Below are positions 34,000 through 48,276 of a stretch of 64,000 bases of DNA, in pieces. Every line of letters starts with the position of its first letter. Position 1 is the stretch's first letter. The position numbers and the translations under genes are program-made. Below the pieces are notes generated by a model, which saw only the letters and a list, made by a program, of their open reading frames with translations, did no database searches and was not told the origin of the DNA. Origin of the DNA: Anthoceros angustus. Lineage: Eukaryota > Plantae > Anthocerotophyta. Location of the stretch: positions 806,001 through 870,000 of the forward strand of contig MU008183.1 of assembly GCA_010909165.1 (NCBI GenBank), in the 5' to 3' direction.

Positions 34000-36900
34000 G
34001 GATGTCGCGATCTCTCAGACGAGGACCGGTCTCATGCTCCTCGGGTTGCATTCCCCATGAACACACACACAACAAACAAAAGGTCAGCTAGCTAGGGAAG
34101 AGGAAAAGAAGGCAAGCTAGCACTGGCTTTGCCGCTAAAGCCAAAACTAGAGAACTGAAATGTCAAAGTCCATTGCAAAAGGACATGAGGGAGCCAAGTC
34201 TAAAAGCTAAGCTAAGAGCTAGGCTACATGTAATGAGAGACATGAAGTGCTGTCCATAAGAGCCCTAGCCCCTATGCTCGCAATAAGAGGGGTGTTGGCT
34301 GCAAATAGCCAACATTCCCCATCGAAACCCTAGATGACCAAATCCTCCAAGGCATTCACCCTTATTTCACTTGAAATTGAACAAAACTTATACCAATAGA
34401 TTTGTCTCAACGAGGCAAACAACTGGTATGTGAATCAAAGGCAACCAACCTCCTGTGCGGACGCTATGAGCTGAAGGCTGGGACATGGCCGCAGTGGAAT
34501 GCTGCCGCTAGCACGATAGGGTGTGTTGGTGATGCCGCCTTGCTAGTTGCCCGCCGCCCACCAATGTGAATCGCCCTAGCTCTTGCATGCCATGCTCCGA
34601 TTGACATTAGTTGAAGTGAAGAGATTGCCTCTGCATGCGAATCGGTGAAATGTGAGGGCTGCGCGCTATGAGCCTAAAATCACGCCATAGCCTGCACCAC
34701 GAGAAGAAATTTTGCTGAGAACATGCTCAGCTTGAACCCCAATCTCAAAAGAACATGACTTCCCAAGGTTCTCTTCCGGTATCACAGCGCTGCAAGGCGC
34801 GACTTCAACAGCTAACGACTCCTGCCCTAGCTGTCTCTTTTGTCTAGCGCCAACCATCATCTCCACGATCCAGTCTCTCGTTGAGTTGGCTTCATGCCCT
34901 TGCATCACCAACAAATTGCTCCTTTCCATGATGCCTTGCTGGGTCACCTAGGTTTTGCTATCTTCCCACGCTGGGCATCAGGGCTACACCAACAACAAGT
35001 TGGAAAATAGCCAGCATGTGTTCTTACCTAACCTGCCTAAAAACATCTAGCTTGTTCTAAACTAGTTTGCAAAATATCTAGTTCAGCTAGATTCATTCAT
35101 CCTAGCATTAATTTGGGAAATGTATTTGTTGTCCTATTCTACACAACATTGGTCAAGGCTTCTTACCTAATCGGCGGTCACCTTCATGATGTGGATGCAC
35201 GGGCTCGCGCCTAATCCTGGGAGGCCTTGGATTTCAAGAGGCGGGTGATGGAGATGGGGCGATGCTTCATGGAAATTATCGCCTCCTGAGGCTCCTGCCG
35301 AGCCGCACCTAGGTTGTGGCTTTCTTGACTAGATTGCGACAACGACACTTTTTAGAAGTCTACTATAGCCGCCCAACTGATGTGGAGATGATCCGTGGGA
35401 GGATTTTTCAAGACGTCCCGCCTCGCAGGCCCCTTTGTTCTCGCTTTTACGGCCTAGCCCAAGCCTTAAGCGATGTACACGCTATTTCCTACGCTTTGCT
35501 TTTTAGGGTAATAAGATGTGGTTTATCATCAAAACCCATTCTAAATTAGTGTTGTTGTAATACGACCGGTGTCTCGTCGTAAAGGGTCTTGTTGTAAACC
35601 CTACAGGGGTGTAGTAAACTATTGGATGTTGTAAAATACCATTGTCATGTTGTAAAAGACCCCGTTGTAATCGAGAAAGTCATGTAGTAAATTGTAGGCC
35701 CGTAGTAAACGAACATGCCATCCTTGTAACGTCCATAAGCTCTGTTGTAAATAACAAGTGCCCCGTAGTAAAGTCCATTTTGATTTGCCACGTCAGCTTT
35801 TGCGCCTTTGGCAAAACAAGCCCTGTAGTAAAGTTGGAATGAACCCTAGTAATTTTCTGGGCTATACCTGAAAATAATACATGGACTTGAAACGGTGCCT
35901 TCAATTGACATAGTAAAATGAGCGGCCGTGGTAAAATGCACCCCCGTTGTAAAACTTCAATTAGTAAAAGTATACTTTTCCTAGTAGTGGCTATGTCCAA
36001 AATCGTTGCGGAACTTCAACTCTTGCAGATAAAACACCTTTTGAGATCTGGATGGGACGGAAACAGAACGTCAGCCATCTTAGGGTCTTCGGCTGCACGG
36101 CATACAAGTATGTCCCACCGTAGATTCAAAGCTAGACCCCGCTCCATCAAGCTTACCTTCACAGGGATACGGGAAGATAACGCAGGGAAGGGTTTCAGGC
36201 TCTTCAATCGCCACAAACGAAGTTTTACGTTCGCCAAGAACGTCATTTTTTATGAAGCTTCTGTCCTAGGTGCTCCCATTCTAGATCCTCTCCAAGCAGA
36301 CCACGACATGACTTCGCCGCTTTCAATTACCACCTTTGAGGAAGATGTCTTCCACCCACCTCCAATACCGGTGCCGCTTCCCAACCCTACTGTCATTACA
36401 CCAACGGCAGCTCCAAGCCCGGTGGTCACTCTGGCCCTTCAGCTCCACCAACCCACTGGCGCTCCTCCTCCAGATCCTTACAACCTCAACGGCCCAGCGA
36501 CAAGGGGGAATGAATATGCAAGCCTTCATGCTAACCATGTGCCGCAGATGGATGAGGACATCAACCATATGAACTGCTTGATCTTGCCCGCACGGGAATA
36601 GGACGATCCCTGTTGCCGGACATGATCAACTTCAAACTACTTTTGACAACAACCCAAGATGATCTACCAAGACAAACAGAGGGATTCCTCGTGTAAAATT
36701 CCATGACCTCACTTTTGACAAATCACAAGGCCTTTCTTCTCATGCTCTCTTCAGTGCTGACATTGTACATATCAAGGAAGCACTTGAAGGACCAGAATCC
36801 AACTCCTCGAAGCAAGCAATGGAAAGTGAATATTAATCCTTGGTTTCTAACGAAACATGGACCTTGGTTGATCCACCACAAGGAAGAAACATTGTAGGCA

Positions 36901-39900
36901 ACAAATGGGTTCTGAGGAAGAAGCATAATGCAGATGGCTCCCTAGCCAGGTTCAAGGCCAGACTAGTAGCAAGGGGATTCACAGAAAAGAGTGGAGTCGA
37001 CTATTTTTAGTCCGGTAGTAAAACTCACCTCTCTTCGTGTGATGATAGCCTTAACTGCTCTGTACAGTCTCTTTATACACCAGCTAGATGTGGAGACGGC
37101 CTTTCTACATGGAATCTTAAAGGAAGAAATTTACGTACAACAGCCTCTTGGATATGAAGTGAAGGGACAAGAATCCAAGGTCCGCCTTCTAAAGAAAAAC
37201 TCTTTATGGAATGAAATGAGGTCGGTACAAACATCTTCTACTAGATTTACTCACCTGGCTATGTTAAAAGCTCAGAGACTCTAGTGTCTTCACAAGAAAC
37301 AAAGGGATTCCTCGTAAAATTCCATGACCTCACTTTTGACAAATCACAAGGCCTTTCTTCTCATGCTCTCTTCAAAGGCCGATATACATATCAAGGAAGC
37401 ACTTGAAGGACAAGAATCCAACTCCTCAAGCAAGCAATGGAAAGTGAATATTAATCCTTGGTTTCTAACGAAACATGGACCTTGGTTGATCCACCACAAG
37501 GAAGAAACATTGTAGGCAAATAAATGGGTTCCGAGGAAGAAATGCAGATGGCTCCCTAGCCAGGTTCAAGGCCAGACTAGTAGCAAGGGGATTCACAGAA
37601 AAGAGTGGAGTCGACTATTTTTAGTCCGGTAGTAAAACTCACCTCTCTTCGTGTGATGATAGCCTTAATCGCCTGATGCCTCTTTATAATTAGATGTGGA
37701 GACGGCCTTTCTACATGGAATCTTAAAGGAAGAAATTTACGTACAATAGCCTCTTGGATATGAAGTGAAGGGACAAGAATCCAAGGTCCGCCTTCAAAAA
37801 AAACTCTTTATGGAATGAAACAGCCTCCCGAGGTCAGTAATGTCTTCTACGGTATTTATCATGGCTATGTTAAAAGCTCAGAGACTCTAGTGTCTTCACA
37901 AGAAACAAAGGTAAATGCTTATGATGGGTCTTTATGTGGATGATTTGATAATGGTTTCAAATGATGAAGCCTACCTAGTTGAATGCAAGTCCGCTTCTTA
38001 GGAAAGAATTCAAGATGATGATAATGGCAAGATGACATAACGCTTGGCATACAAGTTACTCAGATCCATCTAATCATACCATCACCTTACATCGTGGAAC
38101 ATATGTTTCTAATTTACTTACCAAGTATGAGATGTCTAGTCGCAAAACATGTAGATACACCTATGCAAAAGGCCCTAGATTAAGTAAAACAATGTCACCT
38201 CAGGTAGATGTTGAAGCTGTTGAGATGCAATCATTTCGGTATGCAGGCGTAGTTGGCAGTGTTCAGCATTGAGCTCAGTACACTAGACCAGATGTAGCAT
38301 GTCCTAATGGCCATGTTTCTCAGTTCCTGTCCAATCCTGGAAAGTTACATTGGGTGGCGGCTAAGAGAATCCTTAGATATCTTCAACAGACAAGAACCCG
38401 TGGAATTCAGTACAAAGAACATCCTAATGCTCACACCAAGCTTATAGGTTGGACTGATGCAAACTATGCAGGCGATCCGGACACTAGAAAATCCACAAGT
38501 GGTTATGTCTTTATGCTTGCAGGAGGGGCTGTAAGCTAGAAATCGAAGAAATAGACTTCGATTGCTCAGAGCTCAGTTGAATCTGAATATATTGCAGCTG
38601 CCTCCGCAGCCAAAGAAGTCTATGGATAGTTCAACTCCTTCGAGACCTTGGATACCCACAGGAAGGACCTTTGGAATTAATGTGTGACAATATAGCTACC
38701 ATAGCTTTATCCAAAGATCTCGATTTCATGAACGATCAGCACATAGACGCACGTTATCACTTCCTCCGCCTCAAGGTGGACTTAGCGCACTATTGAAGTA
38801 CATATCATCAAGACCGCCGACATTTTGACAAAGCCCCGGGAAAGATCAAACATGAGGGCTTTTGCTCAAGTTAGAACTTGTAGACTTGTGATAGATCTGT
38901 GATCATCTCGCTCAAAGGGGTGTGTGAAACCAATTCATGTCATGATGCCTGCTGCTCTAAATAGAACATGGTAATCTTGTAAGGAGGTTTATATATCGAA
39001 CTCCCTGTTGTGTAACCCCTCGACGAAACCTACCTTGCACCTAAAACACATTCAAGAATCAAGGCCTCCTTACATTGACCATTCATGCCCTTCGAACTCA
39101 TAACAGTAAGACAATCAAGTATACACAATGAGACACCGGCCGGCCTATGGTCAAGGTAACAAACCATGTCACAAGGTAAGACGACGTTTTAAATGTGCAC
39201 ATTGCAAAATGGCACCGATGGACTCATGTGATACTGTAAACGATCTGGATTCAAAAGCTCCCTGTTGAATTGGGTCTTTGAGTGATTTTTTTTATTAAGT
39301 GTGGTGTTAAAGTGAGTCAGGTTGTCAGTAGGAAGGGATATTTATACTGGAAAAGGTCCTTGGCCTATGGGGTTGGGTTGTTTCTTAGGTTAAATAATAA
39401 ATGATCCTTGGACCGTAAACTCGATACTCCTTGGCCTTTGGTCTCGGAATATCTAATAGAAAGTCTATATATGTGAGAAGGGTCCTCATATTTGGTAGAG
39501 GTTGCTAAGTCCATAGGATAAAGGTCGATCCAACCAGACGGTAGTTGAATGGGTGGGGTTGGATCGTGGTGCGGGGTTAAGGCTTCGAGGATGGTAGGTG
39601 AACCGGGACAAGCGGTCGTGGAAGGAAGGAGCGCCGCCGAAAGAGAAGTGGTCGTGAAGCCGGCCAGAGGGTAGGAGAAGTCCTGGGAACTTAACCCTAA
39701 GAAAACTGGGGAAAATGGTTTATTCAAACGGGTGGAGCGAACGGGCCTGGAGCAACGCCGAGGAGTGGAGCACCGGAGTGAGAGGAGAAGAGCGAGGCGA
39801 TCGAGCGTTAAGTCAGGTGAGGCGCGAGGCGCACTCCATCGAGGGAGGCGTCAACCTCACTAGTGAAGCCATGCCGAGCTCGCGACGATGAAGGGGAAGG

Positions 39901-42900
39901 CGCCATCGGGCGCGTGCGCTGCTTGTTGAGGAGGTAGGGAACCCTAGAAGATTGACTCGCTAGGAATTTCCGAGGTAGACATCATCGATTCGAGGCGCCA
40001 AGGTAGGGAGGTCAAGAGCATGGCGCCCAAGGCCACAAAGAAATTGCGGACCCCTCACATAAACATGGACCATTGGAAGGTCCGAGCCGGGAATTGGTGA
40101 AGGGCAGCTTGGCTTCATGGAGAAGCTGGCGGAATTATGTGAGCCTGGACTGTGTGCAAGTGTGCTCGCCACCAAGGACAAGCAACCAAGCGAAGGAATT
40201 AGAGCTTAAGCCTCGTGGATTGGGACATCGAATTGGTCAGAAAGTGTAAGGGCGCAGCTGAGGAGGAAGCGGGTGGATTGGTGATTGAACCCTCCTAAGA
40301 GGAGCACAACCGTGGCGCTGGCTCGTCAAGTCGTAATTAGGGAACCCAATGGCTGGTTGACCCAAGAATTGGTATCCGACAAATCGATGGTGTGGCTTTT
40401 GCTTCCTACAAGACAAGAAGTAGATTATTTGTTCAACCATTTGTTGCTTTTTCCATGAAGTTGTCAAGGGTACAAGGATTGATCAGTCCGGATTCTTTTG
40501 ACAAGTCGTGTGAGGAGAGGTTGAATCGACCTCCCTCGTCCCCTCTCTAATGCCATCCCGGTTCACCATGCGCACTCTAATTGTCCCCGGAGGTAGAAAT
40601 TGTGGCCTCCACATGTGGAAGCCAGGGAGGTGGAAGTGGAAGCCTCAAGGAGGAGTAGAGGAAGGATCTACAAATGGGAGTCCACTAAGACGCGCCTGTA
40701 AGAGGAAAAGGAGATTGCCACAAGCAAGAAGAGAAAGGCCGGGGGAGGCAGGCGGGCCTCAACGAAGAAAGGAAGGGTGGATGCGCGCGTCACCAAATCA
40801 AAGGCGGGGGCCACGCTGCATGAAAAAGCGATGAAAATGAAGGCCAAGCGGCAGGTCAATTTGGCGGAGGAAGAGGGGCGGTCCGAGGAGGACAATTTTG
40901 CTGACCTGGATGCAGTATGACAATGTGCCCCTAAGAATTAGGTTGACCTCAAAGAACGGACCCTCCTCAAAGTTGGGAATAGATTTTCAAGGACCTCTTG
41001 GCGAGGTCGATGTAGTTGGTTGGTGCGCACTTGCCGGGAAAGAAGGATAGGGATGGCATCCGCGCCTCCTTAACAAATGGATATGGTGAACCCACCATGC
41101 CCATGATCCAAGCCCGGATTTGCTAGATCAGCGCTGGCACTCACCTGCTCAAGTGTGGGCGACGCTTGAAGAAGTGGTGAAAGCCCGATCAAGGAGGAGG
41201 AGGCTGCAAACAACTTGGAGGAAGACAAGCAGGCCCTAGAGGAGATGAGGGTAAAAATTCAGGAGGATTTGCGCAGGGCCCAAGAGGAGTTACACCATGA
41301 CAAGTCAAGATAGCGCCATGGCCCGTGATCAAGGATGCCCATGAAGCAAATCAAGAAATGCAGGGGGAATTGCTGCAGCCCAAGAGCAAGAGGCGGCCTG
41401 TGAGAAGGCCTGGTTGGCGCACTGCAGACGAGCAAGAGCGGACGAGGCACGCGGCCGAGCTAGGAAGGAGAAGGGAAAAGGGAAGGAGCAAAGAAGTCCA
41501 CGGACGGGGCCTGTAAGAGGAAAAGGAGATTGCCACAAGCAAGAAGAGAAAGGCCGGAGGCAAAGGTTCAACGAAGAGAGGAAGGGTGGACGCCACCAAA
41601 TCAGGCGCCATGCCGCAGAAAAAGCGATGAAAATGGCGCTGCCAGATCGATTTATGGAGGAAGAGGCGGTCCAGGAGGACAATTTTGCCGACTCGGATGC
41701 ATGACAATAGGCCCCTAAGAATTAGGTTGACCTCAAAGAACGGACCCTCCTCAAGATGGGAAGAGATTTTCAAGGAGCCCTTTGGACAGAGGTCGACGCA
41801 TGTAGTTGGTTAGGTGCGACTTTGGCCGGGAAAGAATTGATAGGGGATGGCATCCGCGGCCTCCTTAACAAATGGATCATGTAGAACCCACCACACCATG
41901 ATCCAAGCCTGATTTACATAGATCAGCCGTTGGCACTCACCTGCCTGCATGGCAAAGGCTACGCTTGAAGAAGTGGTGAAAGCCCATCGGAGGAGGAGGC
42001 TGGCCAGCTGAGGAAGACAAGCGCCTAGAGGAGATGAGGGTAAAAATTGGAGGATTTGCGCAGGGCCCAAGAGGAGTTACACCATGACAAGTCAAGATGA
42101 AGCGCCATGGCCCGTGATCAAGGATGCCCATGAAGCAAATCAAGAAATGGGGAATCATGAGCCCAAGAGCAAGAGGCGCCTGTGAGAGGCAAGGCCTTTG
42201 GCGACTGCAAGACGAGCAAGAGCGGACGAGGCACGGGCCGAGCTAGGAAGGAGAAGGGAAAAGGGAAGGAGCAAAGAAGTCCACGATTGGGGTAGTAGGA
42301 ACTATCGAGGAAGAGGAGAAGCAAGGGTAGTCAAACACCTACCGTGTTGCAGTAATGTACACGGTGGAGCCCGCTACTGAGTGGAAATTACCGACATTGG
42401 AGAACCCAACTTTGAAGGTGCCCATGAGCATGAGCGCAACAGTGAGGCGACGGGCCACGCGAGCGCAGGATCAGCGTGGGTAGTCTACGAGGAGGGGGTA
42501 AGCACCTCGCCCTATGCAGGAGTCCTATTATGTTGCACATGGATGAGGAAACTTATGTTCCGGTCTATATGTGAATGGGAACGCAGGCTTAACTTCACCG
42601 TCCCATGTGCGTGGTGGGAAATAGGAGGGACCAGGCTTACTCTGCAAGTGAGGACCCGGCAGATACTTTCCACCGTGCCCTGGGGATTGGCCCCCATTAT
42701 ACGGAGGCGCTTTTGGAGGAGCTTATGAGGAGGCAGCCCAAGGGTGGATAAAGAGCCCGTGAATAATCCTCAAAGATTAGACTACAGTGTGGTGGAGGAA
42801 GCCTGCAAAGGACATACCCCGATTAGATGTGAAAGGACATCCAAAGCAGGGCGCGAGGTGGAGGTCCCGTGGGAGGACTCGATCGAGGAAGGAGGGCTCA

Positions 42901-45900
42901 TGGAGGCGCATGGAAATGGAGGGGCAAAGGCCAAGCCCGAGGAGGGCCAAGATAACGTAGGCAAATGGTAGTAGCATCCTAGGAATAGAACCTTGATAGG
43001 TGCCATCCTCGACCTAAGATCGCTCGGAATTGTAGGCCTTCACGCTTAGCCGCTTTAGGACCCGAAAACTGTGGGCTATGACGCCCACTAATGTGGCATA
43101 AAAGGCGAATCGTGCCCTCACATCGATAATTCCCTAGTTGAGATCCCCACGCCTGTGGGCCTGTTGGAGACGTCCGATTGACGAGGTGGTGTGCGAGACG
43201 CCTCCTAGGGGTGGTCGAGAGCTTGCTCCGCAACCGTGAGAGGGAGGGTGAGTGAGGCCCTCGCCGGCTGGGAGGAGGAAATCGAGGGACCAGCGCGGGG
43301 CGGGTCCGGAGCTTGCTCGTTCGCCGTGACGCCACCCTTCCTCTTACCTATCTCGCTGGTTGTGTTCAAACCGAGGTGTGTGGTGTGTGGTGCCCGAGGC
43401 GAATCGAGAGCGAGAGAAAGAAGGTGCTGATAGGGGATGGCATCCGCGCGGGCCTCCTTAACAAATGGATATGTCAGAACCGACCATGCCCATGATCCAA
43501 GCTCAATGGATTTGCTAGATCAGCGTTGGCACTACTCACTGCCTGGGCGACGTGAAGAAGTGGTGAAAGCCCAGTTCGATGAGGAGGAGGCTAAGCGGAA
43601 ATACTGAGGAAGACAAGGTGCCTTGAGGAGATGAGGGTAAAAATTGAGGAGGATTTGCTAGGGCCCAAGAGGAGTTACACCATGACGAGTCAAGAAGCGC
43701 CATGGCCCGTGATCAAGGATGCCCATGAAGCAAATCAAGAAATGCAGGGGGAATTGTTGCGAGCCCAAGAGCAAGAGGCGGCCTCTGTGGAGAAGGCCCA
43801 GAAGTTGGCAGACCGGTACGAGCAAGAGCGGGACGAGGCACGTGGCCGAGCTAGGAAGGAGAAGGGAAAAGGGAAGCGGAGCAGCAAGTCCACGATTGGG
43901 GTAGTAGAGGGAACTATCGGAGGAAGAGGAGAAGCAACCGTGGTAGTCGAAACACCTACTGTGGTTGCGGAATGACGACGGTGGGAGTTGCCACCGAGTG
44001 GAAATTGCTACCGACATTGGAGAACCCAACTTTGAAGCAGCCATGAGCGGCGCAACAGGAGGCGACGTGGCCACGCGAGCGCAGGATCAAAGTGCTGTGG
44101 GTAGTCCATTGAGGAGGGGGTAAGCACCTCATATGCTAGGAGGTCCTATTATGTTGCGACATGGATGAGGAAACTTATGTTCCGGTCTATATGTGAATGG
44201 GAACGCAGGCTTAACTTCACCGTCCCATGTGCGTGGTGGGAAATAGGAGGGACCAGGCTTACTCTGCAAGTGAGGACCCGGCAGATACTTTCCACCGTGC
44301 CCTGGGGATTGGCCCCCATTATACGGAGGCGCTTTTGGAGGAGCTTATGAGGAGGCAGCCCAAGGGTGGATAAAGAGCCCGTGAATAATCCTCAAAGATT
44401 AGACTACAGTGTGGTGGAGGAAGCCTGCAAAGGACATACCCCGATTAGATGTGAAAGGACATCCAAAGCAGGGCGCGAGGTGGAGGTCCCGTGGGAGGAC
44501 TCGATCGAGGAAGGAGGGCTCATGGAGGCGCATGGAAATGGAGGGGCAAAGGCCAAGCCCGAGGAGGGCCAAGATAACGTAGGCAAATGGTAGTAGCATC
44601 CTAGGAATAGAACCTTGATAGGTGCCATCCTCGACCTAAGATCGCTCGGAATTGTAGGCCTTCACGCTTAGCCGCTTTAGGACCCGAAAACTGTGGGCTA
44701 TGACGCCCACTAATGTGGCATAAAAGGCGAATCGTGCCCTCACATCGATAATTCCCTAGTTGAGATCCCCACGCCTGTGGGCCTGTTGGAGACGTCCGAT
44801 TGACGAGGTGGTGTGCGAGACGCCTCCTAGGGGTGGTCGAGAGCTTGCTCCGCAACCGTGAGAGGGAGGGTGAGTGAGGCCCTCGCCGGCTGGGAGGAGG
44901 AAATCGAGGGACCAGCGCGGGGCGGGTCCGGAGCTTGCTCGTTCGCCGTGACGCCACCCTTCCTCTTACCTATCTCGCTGGTTGTGTTCAAACCGAGGTG
45001 TGTGGTGTGTGGTGCCCGAGGCGAATCGAGAGCGAGAGAAAGAAGGTGAGAGAAATGGGAGAAGCGAGATGCGGACGGAGGAGAAGAGGGGGTGAAGGAG
45101 TGGTCGAGCACCATATGGCGCGCAGGTGTGAAGTTGTGAAGGGAAGCGGGAAGGAGAATTAATTGAGAGGCTAACAAGGAATTTGGCGCGGATCAAAGAG
45201 GATCCAAACCGGTCATGAGGGAAGTGCCAAGGAAATAACATTTCCATGTGGAGTCAGGTGAGGTGGAGTTTTGGCATAAGAGGAGCGGAAAAGGATCTAT
45301 GGAAACCCAACTCTTGGTAGGGAGCGAGGGTCGCGGTGGTAGCTCGGAGGTGAAGGGTAGAACGAGAACCATGGTTGTAGAATAAGACGGTGGTCGAGAA
45401 CAAGATCGGTAGCTGGTAGCTAGACAAGTCGGATAGTGGATGAGCCGATGTACAAGAAGAGCGTACGAAGTAAGTCATGATTTAGGCAAAGGTCAATAGT
45501 GATAGGAGATAGCGCCTCTGGCACAAACCATTCCCTTGGGAGCGAATCTTAGCCTACAACGACATTGAGGGTGAATGTGACCCCTATGGTGTCTCTAGAC
45601 ACGGTTGCCACTCTACATTTTGGCACCGCTGTGGGAATGAAACCGGCCACAAGGACGAGGTGAACTCCAACCATAGCCTAAGTAGAGGGTCTAGATATTA
45701 ATAGATTGATAGATGGATGCCTCGGGGGAAGATAAGTGACTCTGGGCCCTGACCGCGGGGAAACGCCCTTAACAAGGCGACAACGTCAAGCAATTGAAAG
45801 GTCTCGTAGAGTCACAAGGAGGGAGCAATGGGAGGCCACACCTGCTGGACAAGGAGGAGGGACGAAGAGCACCGGAAATCAAGGCCGGATCAGTGTTCGA

Positions 45901-47784
45901 GCCAGCCCCTCCCAACTCCTGGCCACGGAAGAGGCAGGACAAGGCTCAGTACCCCAACCCGACCTCGCCGATCCCCTGCTCCATTGCCTCTACCTACTCA
46001 AATCGAACTTTGTGGGAGTGGAAGCCACTAGACGGGTAGTGGAAGGAACTAATGGAGGAAGAGGAGAAGCAACCGTGGTAGTCAAACACCTACTGTGGTT
46101 GCGGAATGACGACGGTGGGAGTTGCCACCGAGTGGAAATTGCTACCGACATTGAGAGCCCAACTTTGAAGTGGCCCATGAGCGGCGCAACAGAGGCGACG
46201 GGCCACGCGAGCGCAGGATCAAAGTGCTGTGGGTAGTCCATTGAGGAGGGGGTAAGCACCTCATATGCTAGGAGGTCCTATTATGTTGCGACATGGATGA
46301 GGAAACTTATGTTCCGGTCTATATGTGAATGGGAACGCAGGCTTAACTTCACCGGCCCATGTGCGGTGGAAATAGGAGGGACCAGGCTTACCTTCTCGCA
46401 AGTGAGGACCTGGCAGATACTTTCCACCGTGTCTGCATGGGGATTGGCCCCTGGCACGGGAGGCAGCTTTTGGAGGAGCATGAGGAGGCAGCCCAAGCTG
46501 GTGGATAAAGAGCCCGTGAATAATCCTCAAAGATTAGACGGGTGCAGGGTGGAGGAAGCTGTGGGCGTGACATACCCCCGATTAGATGTGAAAGGACATC
46601 CAAGAAAGGGCGCGAGGTGGAGGTCCTGTGGGAGGATTTGTCAGATCAGCGGCGAGGAAGGAGGGCTCATGGAGGCGGCATCGGAGGCCGGAGGGGCAAA
46701 GTGCCAAGTCGAGGAGGGCTAAGATAACGTAGGCAAATGGTAGTAGCATCCTAGGAATAGAACCTTGATAGGTGCCATCCCGACCTAAGATCGCTCGGAA
46801 TTGTAGGCGCCTTCACGCTTAGCCGCTTTAGGACCCGAAATCGGGGCAGGGCCATCGACGCCTGTACAAATGTGCTAATCGTGCCCTCACATCGAGCAAT
46901 TCCTAGTTGAGATCCCCACGCTGCCTGTGGCTGGTTGGAGACGTCCGGCTTGACAGAGGTGGTGTGCGCGAGACGCTCCTAGGGGTGGTCGAGAGCTTGC
47001 TCCGCAACTGGTGGAGAGGGAGGTGAGTGAGCGCTCCCCGCTGACAAAGGAGGAGGAAATCGAGGGACTAGCGCGGGGCGGGTCTGGAGCTTGCTCGTAA
47101 TGCTCGGCCGTGACGCCATGAATTCCTTCCTCTTATCCTGCTGGTTGTGTTCAAACCGAGGTGTGTGTGTGGTGTGTGGCCTGAAGCCCGAGGCTAATCG
47201 AGAGCGAGAGAAAGAAGTGAGAGAAATGGGAGAAGCGAGATGGACGAGGAGAAGAGGGGTGAAGGAGTGAAGGAGTGAGCACTATGGCGCGAGGTGTGAA
47301 GTTGTGAAGGGAAGTTGAGAAGGAGAATTAATTGAGAGGCTAAGGAATTTGCTGATCAAAGAGGATCCAAACCGTGTCATGAGGGAAGTGTGCTTTCGAA
47401 ATAACATTTCCATGTGGAGTCAGGTGAGTGTGGAGTTTTGGCGCAAGAGGGAGCGTGGAAAGGATCTATGGAAACCCAACCTCTTGGGGCGAGGGTCAGT
47501 GGTAGCTCGGAGGTGAAGGTGGTAGAACGAGAACCATGGTTGTAGAATAAGACGGTGGTCGTAGAACAAGATCGGTGGTAGCTAGACAAGTCGAGTAGTG
47601 GATGAGCCGATAGACAAGAAGAGCGGCGTAAGTAAGTCATGATTTAGGCAAAGGTCAATAGTGATAGGAGATAGCGCCTCTGGCACAAACCATTCCCTTG
47701 GGAGCGAATCCTAGGCCTACAACGACATTGAGGGTGAATGTGGACCTCATGGTGTCTCTAGACACGGGTTGCCACTCTACATTT

Positions 47785-47802
47785 TGGCACCGTTGCCGGG
47801 GA
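47785..47802 (+). promoter_or_regulatory. tRNA-Asp PBS of gypsy W (further copies at 45621 and 49771)
   Basis: TGGCACCGTTGCCGGGGA, a 17/18 match to the Athila-type TGGCGCCGTTGCCGGGGA, 3 nt after the LTR end CTCTACA. Confidence 0.85.
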
Positions 47803-48276
47803 ATGAAACTGCTGTCAAGGACGTAGGTGAACTAACCATAGCCTAAGTAGAGGGTCTAGATATTAATAGATTGATAGATGGATGCCTCGGGGGAAGATAA
47901 GTGACTCTGGGCCTGACCGTGGGGAAACGCCCTTAACAAGGCGACAACGTCAAGCAATTGAAAGGTCTCGTAGAGTCACAAGGAGGAGCAATGGGAGGCC
48001 ACACACGGACAAGGAGGAGGGACGCAAGAGCCGGAAATCAAGGGGCCGGATCAGATTCGAGCCAGCCTCCCAACTCCTCGGCACGGAAGAGGCATACAAG
48101 GGCTCGACCCCGACCTCGCTTTTGATCCCCAGCTCCGTGCTGGTACCCAAATGAACTTTGTGGGAGTGGAAGCCGCCTAGACGGGTAGTGGTGTCCGCCA
48201 TGAGCCTGGCCGAGAGTACTACCACGGTAGCTATGACCACTACTCCGGTAGTTGTTACCACTAAGCCATACCCCGT

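Larger units (their letters stand above)
22334..35989. mobile_element. Non-autonomous CACTA (En/Spm) DNA transposon
   Basis: Perfect 26-bp TIRs CACTACTAGGAAAAGTATACTTTTAC, 3-bp TSD GCT (22331-22333, 35990-35992), dense subterminal GTAGTAAA-type repeats at both ends. No transposase ORF is visible. Confidence 0.93.
21298..39010 (+). mobile_element. Copia-3: 5'-truncated Ty1/copia element interrupted by a solo LTR, a CACTA element and gypsy W
   Basis: LWHLRLAH, LELVHADLCGPM, FVLLDDFS..YF|LKHK. The integrase resumes after the CACTA as CYVQNR..KTPFEIWMGRKQNVSHLRVFGC. RT ~36870-38000 (duplicated), RNase H WTDANYAGDPDTRKSTSGY (38440-38520), PPT AAAGGGG, 3' LTR start at 38921. Confidence 0.85.
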
